A stretch of 63,963 bases of DNA, filler included, from Lama guanicoe (GCA_013239625.1; 76 parts of 74 records of this genome joined end to end with filler, not necessarily neighbours in it); one strand, 5' to 3'; positions 1 through 11,644 are shown, counted from the whole stretch's first letter. Translations and numbers: made by a program. Notes: a model not told the origin generated them from the sequence alone.

Positions 1-1134
1 TTTTATACTGAAAAGTCAAAAGCTACAGTATACCTTCAAAATTAGATTTCCTAAACAAGAATATTGTTTGCCCAACTGTAGTTCTCTACCTGGGAAAAGC
101 TTGACTATTGGCAAAAGTACAAAAGTTGGCTGATACTTTGAAAACTATTCTCTGAGCTCTGCCCACAGAACTCTTCCCACTAAATACTACAAATCTGTCT
201 ACCACTGTGTATGTGTGTGATGATGGATTATAAGCAGTAACTAAGTATGTCTTAATAGAGTCATCAGTGAATTATTATTCTGCATCTGGCAGAATCTCTG
301 TGAATTAAGAGTTTCATTGAGCCACCTGATTTTCTTCCGATCAGGGAGAGGAATATTTTATTTCTCCCATTATACTAATTGTTAAATATTCATTGAATCC
401 CAAGCTGATGCTTGGGCCTAGCCACTGAACCCTTGAATTTGACTGATGCATATAAATTCTCCAGTCCTCAGAGCCCAGCACAGGACTGTGTCTCCTTTTT
501 AATTTAAGCTTATGTCTAATTTCTATTTTCTTCTATTTCTTATTGTTGATANNNNNNNNNNNNNNNNNNNNNNNNNNNNNNNNNNNNNNNNNNNNNNNNN
601 NNNNNNNNNNNNNNNNNNNNNNNNNNNNNNNNNNNNNNNNNNNNNNNNNNNNNNNNNNNNNNNNNNNNNNNNNNNNNNNNNNNNNNNNNNNNNNNNNNNN
701 NNNNNNNNNNNNNNNNNNNNNNNNNNNNNNNNNNNNNNNNNNNNNNNNNNNNNNNNNNNNNNNNNNNNNNNNNNNNNNNNNNNNNNNNNNNNNNNNNNNN
801 NNNNNNNNNNNNNNNNNNNNNNNNNNNNNNNNNNNNNNNNNNNNNNNNNNNNNNNNNNNNNNNNNNNNNNNNNNNNNNNNNNNNNNNNNNNNNNNNNNNN
901 NGCATGTTCATTTCTTACAGATGCTGTCGGGGAGATGAGACCATTGGTCAGAGACAGTGAACTTTATCACTCACAGCAAGAGCAGCCAGTTTTAAATTTG
1001 TATCCATTCCCTAATCTCAGATGAATACACAGTGTGAAATTTTGATGCCTATAGAAGCAGTGGGCTGTTAACATGAAGAAATTTCAAGGCATTGTAAAAC
1101 ACTAACTTTGTTAGTATCTTTATGTATAATTTAT

Positions 1135-1234
1135 NNNNNNNNNNNNNNNNNNNNNNNNNNNNNNNNNNNNNNNNNNNNTTAATTAATTAANNNNNNNNNN
1201 NNNNNNNNNNNNNNNNNNNNNNNNNNNNNNNNNN
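1135..1234. other. Artificial scaffold-joining linker N44-TTAATTAATTAA-N44; first of about 75 identical copies (last core at 63770-63781)
   Basis: 44 N + TTAATTAATTAA (1179-1190) + 44 N = 100 bp, repeated between unrelated fragments. The palindromic core puts TAA stops in all six frames. Confidence 0.98.
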
Positions 1235-1712
1235 CTCCATTCCTCCAGGCTACCACATTGCAGCCATCCCCATCTAACACCCATTTTGGGCAGCATCACC
1301 ATGCCCCCAGCTTCCAGGCTGCATCATTTGCTAGGACTCACAGGGATCCTCTGTGCCTGTTTAACTTAGTTCTGTCAGTCAACTTATACTTTGTACAGAT
1401 CCAAGCCTTGGAGGCTCCCCGTCCATCCTGCCGAAATCTCAGTTGGATTGGGGTGACACAGTAAATGAGCTGCTCCCTCTTTGCTGCTCCCTCCCCATGG
1501 TACCTGTCCCACTCTGTTTTGCCTTTTCTTCTTTCTTTCATCCTTTTCTCCTACCAGATTTTTCACATCTTTATCTATTGAAGAGGACAATGTCCTGTTA
1601 TAGTTATGCAGGTTCTCTGGTTAGCTGAGTGGGTCTGTGGAAAGTCTTGGTGCATTTGTGGGAAAGGGTGAGCTACGAGCATTCTTCTGCTCCAGCATCT
1701 TTGCCTCCCACC
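1235..1712 (-). mobile_element. Probable old LINE-1 5' UTR fragment
   Basis: Reverse complement of ~1682-1710 reads GGGAGGCAAAGATGCTGGAGCAGAAGAA, resembling the AAGATGGCGGAGTAGAAG start of mammalian L1 5' UTRs. Confidence 0.45.
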
Positions 1713-2139
1713 GAAAAATTCTCACTTTATTGTGGAAGATAAACATAGACTTGAAATAAATGGAAAAGTTATTCCATGGAAATGACAAGAAAGTGTAGAT
1801 TGCAATGCTCTACTCATACAAAATAAGTTTTAAAATAAGGGCCAAAATGAGAGAAATTTGAGATTATATAAAGAAAAAAACATCAATAAAAATTGGGAAT
1901 TACACTCATTAAATTTTGTATGGCCTAACACCATAGATCCTAAGTATAAAAATAAATTTCAGTAGACAAGATAGAATAAATTCCTTATAAAACAATAATA
2001 GTAGATGAGTTTAACACCTCACTATTGNNNNNNNNNNNNNNNNNNNNNNNNNNNNNNNNNNNNNNNNNNNNTTAATTAATTAANNNNNNNNNNNNNNNNN
2101 NNNNNNNNNNNNNNNNNNNNNNNNNNNCCCTCTCGGCAG

Positions 2140-2707
2140 GGCCTGCAACATGAGCATCCCTGACTTCGTGCAGTGTATTGAGGACCACCAGACCCTTCCC
2201 GTTGTGGTCAAACCCATGGGGATCATCTCAGAGGAGAATTTCTTTTGCATCAATAAGCGAATCTCCTTGGTGAGCCATATCAGCCCTTGTGGCCCCCAGT
2301 GGGCATTCTGTATCCACTAAAAGTACCACTATGCGCCCGAGAATGTGTGGAGCGGATTCCAAACCGCAATGTCGTGGGCCTTGTCACCATTACCGACTGT
2401 CTCTCGACTAGGGCCTTCGAGAAGCTCCACATGCAGACGAGCTGTATGGCACCACGCTTAATGACTCTCAGCTCTTTGTCTTTGTGCTGCATGGGGAGGT
2501 AAACGAGCAGCCACCCACCGACTTGTCCTTCAAACTACGAGGACTGAAGGTGGTGGAGAAGAGGGTCGAAGACTTCACTGAGTCACTCTTCATCTTGCCC
2601 AAGTCCAAGTGGCTGGATGGGGCCCCCAAGAAATCTGAGGACAAGATCCCCCTTGTCTACATCCCGTTCGAGAAGGAGGACATCATGGGACTGGACACAG
2701 ACAGCAG
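2140..2707 (+). pseudogene. TRAPPC9: Degenerate unprocessed copy of the first coding exon of TRAPPC9 (NIBP, TRAPPII subunit)
   Basis: ATG at 2150 gives [42 protein letters not shown] (TRAPPC9 as recalled: [42 protein letters not shown]). Later frames give VVGLVTITDC, FEKLHMQ and [15 protein letters not shown]...[23 protein letters not shown]. In-frame TAA at 2318-2320 plus frameshifts. Acceptor CAG at 2137-2139, donor GTAAG at 2708-2712. Confidence 0.93.
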
Positions 2708-2812
2708 GTAAGNNNNNNNNNNNNNNNNNNNNNNNNNNNNNNNNNNNNNNNNNNNNTTAATTAATTAANNNNNNNNNNNNNNNNNNNNNNNNNNNNNNNN
2801 NNNNNNNNNNNN

Positions 2813-3616
2813 TATTCTATGTTCTAAATTCTGGCTTCTGCATTTCATGTTCTAAATGCTGCGTTCTATTTTCTGTATTCTGTATTTTAAATTCTGTGTC
2901 CTACATATTATATTCTAATTTCTCTATTCAGTATTCTGTATTTTATAATCTAAATTCTGTGTTCTTCATCCATGTTCTAAATTCTGTGTTCTAAATTCTC
3001 TCTTCTATATTCTATATTCTGTGTTTTACATTCTATATTCTAAATACTATATTTAGTATTCGGTGTTCTATATTCTAAATTCTGTGTTCTACATTCTATG
3101 TTCTAAATTGTAGATTAAGTATTCTGTATGCTATAGTTTAAATTCTGTGTTCTACATTCCATGATCTAATTTCTGTGGTCTCTATTCTCAATTTTATATT
3201 CTTTATTATGTGTTTTTCATTCTATAATTTGCATTCCGTCTTCTATATTCTATATTTTGTGTTCTACATTCTATATTCTGAATCCTATATTCAGTATTCT
3301 GTATTCTATATTCTAAATGCTGTGTTCTGCATTCCATGTTCTAAATTCTATATTCAGTATTCTCTATTCTATATTCTAAATGCTGTGTTCTGCATTCCAT
3401 GTTCTAAATTCTATATTCAGCATTCTGTATTCTATATATATTCTAAATTTTGTGTTCTACATTCTATATTCTGAATCCTATATTCAGTATTCTGTATTCT
3501 ATATTCTAAATGCTGTGTTCTGCATTCCATTCTCTAAATTCAATATTAAGTATACTGTATTCTATACTCTAAATTCTGTGTTCGGCATTCCATGTTCTAA
3601 ATTCTATATTCAGCAT
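2813..3616 (+). repeat. AT-rich heptamer-based satellite (TTCTATA and variants)
   Basis: Tandem 7-mers TTCTATA/TTCTAAA/TTCTGTG/TTCTGCA/TTCCATG/TTCAGTA/TTCTGTA, with a 63-bp repeat visible around 3290-3430. Confidence 0.95.
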
Positions 3617-3716
3617 NNNNNNNNNNNNNNNNNNNNNNNNNNNNNNNNNNNNNNNNNNNNTTAATTAATTAANNNNNNNNNNNNNNNNNNNNNNNNNNNN
3701 NNNNNNNNNNNNNNNN

Positions 3717-4435
3717 AAGACAAAAAATTGACCTCCCATATAAACCAGCAATCCCACTCCTGGGCCTATATATCCAAAAGGATCTGTAATTCAAAAAGTC
3801 ACTTTCACCCCAATGTTCACAGCAGCACTATTTACAATAGCAAGACATGGAAACAACCTAAAAGTCCACTGACAGATGACTGGATAAAGAGGTTGTAGTA
3901 TATTTGTCCAATAGACTACTATTCAGCCATAAAATAATAATAAAATAATGNNNNNNNNNNNNNNNNNNNNNNNNNNNNNNNNNNNNNNNNNNNNNNNNNN
4001 NNNNNNNNNNNNNNNNNNNNNNNNNNNNNNNNNNNNNNNNNNNNNNNNNNNNNNNNNNNNNNNNNNNNNNNNNNNNNNNNNNNNNNNNNNNNNNNNNNNN
4101 NNNNNNNNNNNNNNNNNNNNNNNNNNNNNNNNNNNNNNNNNNNNNNNNNNNNNNNNNNNNNNNNNNNNNNNNNNNNNNNNNAAGGAAGAAATTGGGAGTT
4201 CAAGATTTGCTGATACAGAGTATGTAAAGAATAAACAGCAAGTTTACACTGTATAGCACAGGAGAATATATTTAATATCTTATAGTAACATGTTCAAAAA
4301 GAATATGAGATTGAATACAGGTATGTTCCTATTTAACTGAAGTGTTATGCTGTACACAAGAAACTGACACAACATTGTAAATTGACTAGACTTCAATGAA
4401 AATATTTTTAAATAGGCCAAAAACGAAAAAAAAGA
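3717..4435 (+). mobile_element. LINE-1 3' end (ORF2 C-terminus, 3' UTR, A-rich tail), gapped
   Basis: ccagcaatcccactcctgggc, gcagcactatttacaatagcaagacatggaaacaaccta and tactattcagccataaaa are typical L1 3' motifs; A-rich end at ~4418-4435. Confidence 0.9.
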
Positions 4436-6282
4436 ATAAGGATATTATCAAACAAAAAGAATAAAATAATGATTCAGGCTACAATATGGATGAAACTTGA
4501 AAATTTATACTAAAATAAGCCAGATACAAAAGGCCAAATAGTGCCCTTTAAGGTGAACTGTATCTAAGCATTTATTATACTACTCCTGTAAATTTTCCGT
4601 AAGGTTGAAGTCTATCAATATCAAAATAAAATGTGTTATTCATTAAAAACATAAAACGCTTCCTCACAGGAGGGCTTTAATTATTAAATGCAGAAACACA
4701 TGTAAAGCTCTTGGAACAACACTTTGCACGTCCACAGACAGTCACTGCTGTCACTGCCACTCAGAGGGTTGTGCCAGCGCTGATGAGAGCTCCCTCAACT
4801 NNNNNNNNNNNNNNNNNNNNNNNNNNNNNNNNNNNNNNNNNNNNNNNNNNNNNNNNNNNNNNNNNNNNNNNNNNNNNNNNNNNNNNNNNNNNNNNNNNNN
4901 NNNNNNNNNNNNNNNNNNNNNNNNNNNNNNNNNNNNNNNNNNNNNNNNNNNNNNNNNNNNNNNNNNNNNNNNNNNNNNNNNNNNNNNNNNNNNNNNNNNN
5001 NNNNNNNNNNNNNNNNNNNNNNNNNNNNNNNNNNNNNNNNNNNNNNNNNNNNNNNNNNNNNNNNNNNNNNNNNNNNNNNNNNNNNNNNNNAATTTAAAAA
5101 TCACTTTAATATTCAATTCGGTTTCTAAACAGTTTAGAATATATAAAAGCATTTAATTGTGCTGTTTGCTTACAGATTTATTTACTGTCAGCCTCCTGCT
5201 AAAAGAGAAATTAAACAATTTTTTNNNNNNNNNNNNNNNNNNNNNNNNNNNNNNNNNNNNNNNNNNNNTTAATTAATTAANNNNNNNNNNNNNNNNNNNN
5301 NNNNNNNNNNNNNNNNNNNNNNNNAATAATGATCCAGTTCCTACCACAGGCAATTATGATAAGACTGAGTATATTTTCTAACACCAAATAGTGTACAAAT
5401 CATAAATTCTACTTGATTCAAACTGCTTCTTCTATAAATTCTGAATCTTTTTATTAAGACAGATTTGTGGCATATGACCTAGTGATAAAATTTTCAACTC
5501 GCTTGTATTCAAAAATTTCACCAATGTGAGTTTATTACATCAACTATTGTTTTTGGGAAACCCATGAGCCTTGTCACTCTCTTTCATAAGATTTCCTGTG
5601 GAAAATTCAATTCCATTCCTCATTCAAGGCTGAACAAAAGATCTGATGGAAAACCTTCATACACTGTAACACAAGAAAATGAAAATGACTGTGAGCAGCC
5701 CGTGAATCCGGCAGACACACACAGCTCACGGCTGTGTTCTATCCTCGACTTTCTGTAACTAGAAGGCAAAATGTGCATTTCAAGAAATAGACATAAACTC
5801 TTTTCAGGACCTGAGCACACAATTTCCCNNNNNNNNNNNNNNNNNNNNNNNNNNNNNNNNNNNNNNNNNNNNTTAATTAATTAANNNNNNNNNNNNNNNN
5901 NNNNNNNNNNNNNNNNNNNNNNNNNNNNAAGTATTCCTGCCATCCCCCACCCAGTTGCCTCTTCACCCGCGTGGACACCACGGCAGGAGACCTAGGTTAT
6001 TGTCCAAGTTACACCATCATGGATTCTCACCCATAAAAAGTTACGATTCTATGCTGTCTAAAGTCGTTTAAAACTCAAATATGATAACACCAATATCTCA
6101 GCAGAATATCTATGTCTCCACTTCCTCTCTTCTAATAGGAGAATATTTCTATGGACACAAAGCAATTAAAAATCCGCACGAAGCCAGGCGAAATTCTGCT
6201 TAAGAGACTTTGCTCTCACTCTCAGTAAATGAAAACTCAACTAAAGTGGTCCTTCTCCCTCAGCAAATGGGAAGAAGACTGA

Positions 6283-6315
6283 TGTGTGTGTGTGTGTGTG
6301 CACATGTGTGTGTGT
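6283..6315. repeat. Interrupted (TG)n microsatellite
   Basis: (TG)9, caca, then (TG)5 seen directly. Confidence 0.9.
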
Positions 6316-6453
6316 AAGTCAAATACAATCAAGTCTGGGATGTGTACACTTTTNNNNNNNNNNNNNNNNNNNNNNNNNNNNNNNNNNNNNNNNNNNNTTA
6401 ATTAATTAANNNNNNNNNNNNNNNNNNNNNNNNNNNNNNNNNNNNNNNNNNNN

Positions 6454-7529
6454 GGCCAAGAACATGAGCAGAACTGCCTTTGAGATAATTCATAGAAATA
6501 TTAATTTTTGATCTATCTCCTAAGTAAAAGATAAAGAAAAACTAACAATAATACATTTTAATTTTACTGAGGAAAAAATAGATATATTATGTGATACAAG
6601 GATTCAACTTTTTGTATAAGTGTGAAGTGCAAAACCTTTTGCAGAGCAAAGGAAACGTTCAGCAATATGTATGACAACACACAGAATAGAAGGAAGAGTT
6701 TCAGACAATGAAACCAACATTGTGTTAATATCCATAATATATAAATAGCATATTAGTCTCGATATTTAAAAAACAAAGACACCAACTTAAAATCAGTTTA
6801 ATTATCTTCATGGAAACTATTCAAAAACAGACATGTGAATGACTTTCATTCACATAAAAAGAAACATAACGTTGCTATTCATTAGGAAATCATAAATCAA
6901 AACCAGAATGAAATATAATCTCACAGCAACCAAAATGGCTATCAAAAAAAGTCTTCAAATGNNNNNNNNNNNNNNNNNNNNNNNNNNNNNNNNNNNNNNN
7001 NNNNNNNNNNNNNNNNNNNNNNNNNNNNNNNNNNNNNNNNNNNNNNNNNNNNNNNNNNNNNNNNNNNNNNNNNNNNNNNNNNNNNNNNNNNNNNNNNNNN
7101 NNNNNNNNNNNNNNNNNNNNNNNNNNNNNNNNNNNNNNNNNNNNNNNNNNNNNNNNNNNNNNNNNNNNNNNNNNNNNNNNNNNNNNNNNNNNNNNNNNNN
7201 NNNNNNNNNNNNNNNNNNNNNNNNNNNNNNNNNNNNNNNNNNNNNNNNNNNNNNNNNNNNNNNNNNNNNNNNNNNNNNNNNNAATAAAATTCTGCCATTT
7301 GGAACAATGTGACTGGACCCAGATAATGTTGCACATAGGAAAATAAGTCATACAGAGAAAAACACACTGTGTTATCACTTACATGAGGAAACTAAAGATA
7401 TAAGAGAAATAATCATAAAAAAACAGAAACAGAATAACATATATATGTGTAGTGTACCAAGTAGTGGTTTCCACTGGGGCTAGGGAAGATGGATGTGGAA
7501 GACAGAAATATGCAAGCTACTAGTTATAA
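6454..7529 (+). mobile_element. Decayed LINE-1 ORF2 3' region and 3' UTR, gapped
   Basis: aaaaccttttgcagagcaaaggaaac, aaatcaaaaccagaatgaaatataatctcaca and aaattctgccatttggaacaatgtg match L1 ORF2 end and 3' UTR motifs. Confidence 0.8.
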
Positions 7530-7630
7530 NNNNNNNNNNNNNNNNNNNNNNNNNNNNNNNNNNNNNNNNNNNNTTAATTAATTAANNNNNNNNNNNNNNN
7601 NNNNNNNNNNNNNNNNNNNNNNNNNNNNNG

Positions 7631-8073
7631 TGATGTTGGGTTTGTAGGTCCCTGACTGAAGGCTCTAGAGAATAAGCCCGTGGGCTGAGCTGATAAATAA
7701 GCTGTGAGGAATGTCACATATCCAGGCTGGATAAGAAATGACCTAATCAATGTATCCAGTATGGATGGCTGGATAGCCTATGATGGGTAAGATTCTCAGA
7801 GGAGGACAACCTAAGACAGGCACAGCTGGCTGGATAAGAGAAGGCCTACTTAATGAAGTTCCGTGATGAACTTTAAAACAATCCTTGATCATTTAACATC
7901 CTGTGCTTACTGCAGGAGCATGGGGACATAAATTGATTAAGATTATTAACATTGTTATAAGTTAGATGATATGTGAGGCATTGTGCATGTCCTATATAAA
8001 CCCTTCTTCTAAGAATCAATAAACAGAGAACTGCTTTGCTTCTCTCCACACAGTTTTTGTGTGTACAGCTGAC
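7631..8073 (+). mobile_element. Probable ERV solo LTR
   Basis: Begins TG and ends near gctgaCA. Three GGCTGGATA repeats, TATATAAA at 7993-8000 and AATAAA at 8018-8023. Abuts an L1 fragment. Boundaries approximate. Confidence 0.6.
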
Positions 8074-8079
8074 AGGGTT

Positions 8080-8380
8080 AATTTAATTTGTTCTGAGTGT
8101 CTTAAAAGGATGTTACATTATATACAATGCTCTTTCTGCACCTATTGAGATGATTATGTGAGTTTTATTTCTCATTCTATTAGTGTGGCATGTCACCTTT
8201 ATTGATTTGAAAAATTTATAGTATCTTTAAACCCAGGGATAAATCCATTTATTCATGTATATGTATGATACATTAAATGTTTTGTGAATTTATGTTGCTT
8301 GTGTTTTGTTGAGAATTTTGGCACATATGTACATCAGGGTTTATATTCTATATTTTGCATATAATTTCCTTTCTAACATT
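8080..8380 (-). mobile_element. Decayed LINE-1 ORF2 fragment
   Basis: tttctgcacctattgagatgattatgtg, ccagggataaatcc and ttttgttgagaattttgg are antisense L1 ORF2 motifs. Confidence 0.85.
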
Positions 8381-9032
8381 NNNNNNNNNNNNNNNNNNNN
8401 NNNNNNNNNNNNNNNNNNNNNNNNTTAATTAATTAANNNNNNNNNNNNNNNNNNNNNNNNNNNNNNNNNNNNNNNNNNNNGTACCTCATCTCATCCAAGT
8501 CCCCAACCAGGGAGAAGGAGCAAATGTTCATTTCATCTTTTAAAGAGAGGGCTTCACTGATGGTGATTTACTCAACTCCAAAACCAAGGCTGGGGAAAGG
8601 GCACATGCAGCAACTTGAGCAGTATCAGCTGTAGGAAGGCGAAAAGAGCTCACGGGAGAGTTCAAGGGGCAGCTGATTTAGTTTCAATCGATAAAACAAT
8701 AACACACTCTAAAAATACTGGCATACAATGGATTTGCTGTTTCTTGACATCTAGCAAGTTTCCACAGCCCACATGTAACATTATCGTGAACCAGTGAAAG
8801 GAAGAGTCCACAGACAGGAAAAATCAATGCCACAGGAATGCTGAAACCCAGGCTGGAGGAAAGGAAATGGCATAGTTAAGAAGTGGGGAAAGGCTGGGGA
8901 AAAAAATCATCACAATGACTCTCAAGCATCATNNNNNNNNNNNNNNNNNNNNNNNNNNNNNNNNNNNNNNNNNNNNTTAATTAATTAANNNNNNNNNNNN
9001 NNNNNNNNNNNNNNNNNNNNNNNNNNNNNNNN

Positions 9033-9606
9033 CTTTAGACAAACACAGTATTTTTTAAAAGTTAAAAATGTTAATTAAAAATGAATTAAAAAGTTGAAAG
9101 CATTTTTCTCTAAGATCAGGAACAAGACAAGGATGCCAACTCTCACCACTTTTATTCAACATGGTAATGGAAGCCCTCACCATAGCAATCAGAGAAAAAA
9201 AAGAAATGAAAGGAACCCAAATTGGAAAAGAAGAAGTAAATCTGTCACTGTTTGCCGATGACCTGATACTATGCATGGAAAATCTGAAAGACACCCCAGA
9301 AGGCTACCAGAGCTCATCCATGAATTTGGTAAAGTTGCAAGATCAAAATTAATATACAGAAATCAGATTCATCTCTATACACAAACAATAAACTATTAGA
9401 AAGAGAAGTTAAGGAAATAGTCCCATTTACAATCACACCAAAAAAAAAGAAAACATCTAGGAATAAACCTATCTAGGGAGGTAAAAGACCTGCACTCAGA
9501 AAACTATAAGACATTGATGAAAGAAATGGAAGACAATACAAACAGATGGAAAGATACACCATTTTCTTGGATTGGAAGAACTAATATTGTTACAATTACT
9601 ATCCAA
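9033..9606 (+). mobile_element. LINE-1 ORF2 reverse transcriptase fragment (frameshifted)
   Basis: Translates to [23 protein letters not shown]...[21 protein letters not shown], containing the L1 RT QG-x-x-LSP and FADD motifs. Confidence 0.95.
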
Positions 9607-9706
9607 NNNNNNNNNNNNNNNNNNNNNNNNNNNNNNNNNNNNNNNNNNNNTTAATTAATTAANNNNNNNNNNNNNNNNNNNNNNNNNNNNNNNNNNNNNN
9701 NNNNNN

Positions 9707-10600
9707 CAGAATACTGAGTATAGAATTTAGACTATAGAATGTAGAAAACAGTATAGAGAATATAGGAAAATAAATAGAACCCAGAATTTAGAACATGGAA
9801 TTCACAACACAGAATTTCGTATATAAAACACAGAATACTGAATATAGAATTTAGAATAAAGAATGTATAACACAGAAAATCGAGTATAGAATACAGAACA
9901 CTGAATATAGAATTTACAATATAGAATGTAGAACACAGAATATAGAATAGAGAATACAGACCGAGAATTTAGAAAATGGAATGCAGAACACAGAATTTAG
10001 AATATAGAATGCAGATTACTGAATATAGTATTTACAAAAAATAGAATGTAGAACACAGAATATAGAATACGGAATGCAGAATATTGAATGTAGAATATAG
10101 AATGAATAATACAAATATAGAATATATAATAGAGAATATACAACACAGAATTTAGAACATGGAATGCAGAAAATAGAATTTAGATTATAGAATACAGAAT
10201 ACTGAATACAGAATTTAGAATATAGAATGAAGATCACAGAATATAGAATACAGAATACGGAATGTAGAATATAGAATACAGAATATTGAATGTAGAACAC
10301 AGAATATAGAATACGGAAAACAGAATACAGACCCCAGAATTTAGAACATGGAATGCAGACAAAGTATTTAGAATACAGAATACAGAATACTGCATATAGA
10401 ATTTAGAATATGGATTGTAGAACACAGAATATAGAATATAGAATATGGAATACTGAACATATTAATTAGAATATAGAATGTGGAACACAGAATATAGAAT
10501 ATATAATACAATATATAATACGGAATACAGAATATAGAATTTTGAATATAGAATGTAGAAATCAGAATATAAAATATAGTATAAAGAATATTGAACCCAG
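9707..10600 (-). repeat. AT-rich heptamer satellite (reverse orientation, TATAGAA)
   Basis: Tandem agaatat/agaattt/agaacac/ggaatgc 7-mers. Confidence 0.95.
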
Positions 10601-10700
10601 NNNNNNNNNNNNNNNNNNNNNNNNNNNNNNNNNNNNNNNNNNNNTTAATTAATTAANNNNNNNNNNNNNNNNNNNNNNNNNNNNNNNNNNNNNNNNNNNN

Positions 10701-11544
10701 GTATTTTTCGGACTTCCCCGTTCAGGGAACTCCTGTGACTGAAGAGAGCTGAGTGGAGTTGTCTCTCGAACTCCACCACGCACTGACAATGGTTCCGGAA
10801 TCCTGAGCGTGGGGAGGTTCCCCCAACGGTCGGCAGCGAGTGGGTTCTAACGGAATGCCTAAGCTCGACTCCCCTGGGTTTTTTCCTAATGTCTCTGTAC
10901 CAGGGAATGCTAGGGGGGTTTGCAGGCAATCCCAGTGACAGGATGCATCCCCAAGGTCAGAGAAGATTTTTCTCGGACTTCCCACCGTTCAGGGAACACC
11001 TGTGACTGAAGAGAGCTGCATGGAGTTGTCTCTCGAGCTCCCCCACGCACTGACAAAGGTTCCGGATTCCTGAGATTGGGGAGGTTCCACCAACGGTCGA
11101 CCGCACGTTGGTACAAACGGAGTGAGTAACCTCGACTCCCCTGGGTTTTTCCTAATGTCTCTGTGCCAGGGAATGCTAGGGTGGTTTGCAGGCAATCCCA
11201 GTGACAGAGGCTGCCTCTCCAAGTTCAGGGAAGGTATTTCTCGGAATTGCCCCTAACAGGGCACACCTGTAACTGAAGAGAGCTGCGTGGAGTTGTCTCT
11301 CGTGCTCCCCACGCACTGACAATGGTTCCGGAATCCTGAGATTGGGGAGGTTCCACCAACGGTCGGCAGCGCGTGGGTTCTAACGGAATGCCTAAGCTAG
11401 ACTCCCCTGGGTTTTTTCCTAATATCTCTGTGCCAGGGAATGCTAGTTGGGTTTGCAGGCAATCCCATTGACAGAGGCTGACTCTCCATCCAAGTTCAGG
11501 GAAGGTATTTCTCAGAATTCGCCCTAACAGGGAACACCTGTGAC
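10701..11544 (+). repeat. GC/CpG-rich 267-bp tandem satellite, ~3.2 monomers
   Basis: GAAGAGAGCTG recurs at 10741, 11008 and 11275 (period 267). Confidence 0.95.
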
Positions 11545-11644
11545 NNNNNNNNNNNNNNNNNNNNNNNNNNNNNNNNNNNNNNNNNNNNTTAATTAATTAA
11601 NNNNNNNNNNNNNNNNNNNNNNNNNNNNNNNNNNNNNNNNNNNN

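Noticed and set aside
2128..2712. Functional TRAPPC9 exon or processed retrocopy
   Set aside because: An in-frame stop and multiple frameshifts exclude function. Splice sites at both ends and no adjoining exons argue against retroposition.
3175..3664. Tyr/Phe/Ile/Ser-rich ORFs (also at 10016, 13191-13872, 22800, 30032, 45132, 48473 and 60737-62271) as hydrophobic repeat proteins
   Set aside because: They are chance translations of the T-rich strand of the heptamer satellite, open in several overlapping frames and without gene structure.
10645..11222. Recurrent ORFs such as ...PSIPWHRDIRK... in several scaffolds as a multigene family
   Set aside because: They are translations of the GC-rich 267-bp satellite, whose length is a multiple of 3. 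Frames and stops are not conserved between monomers.
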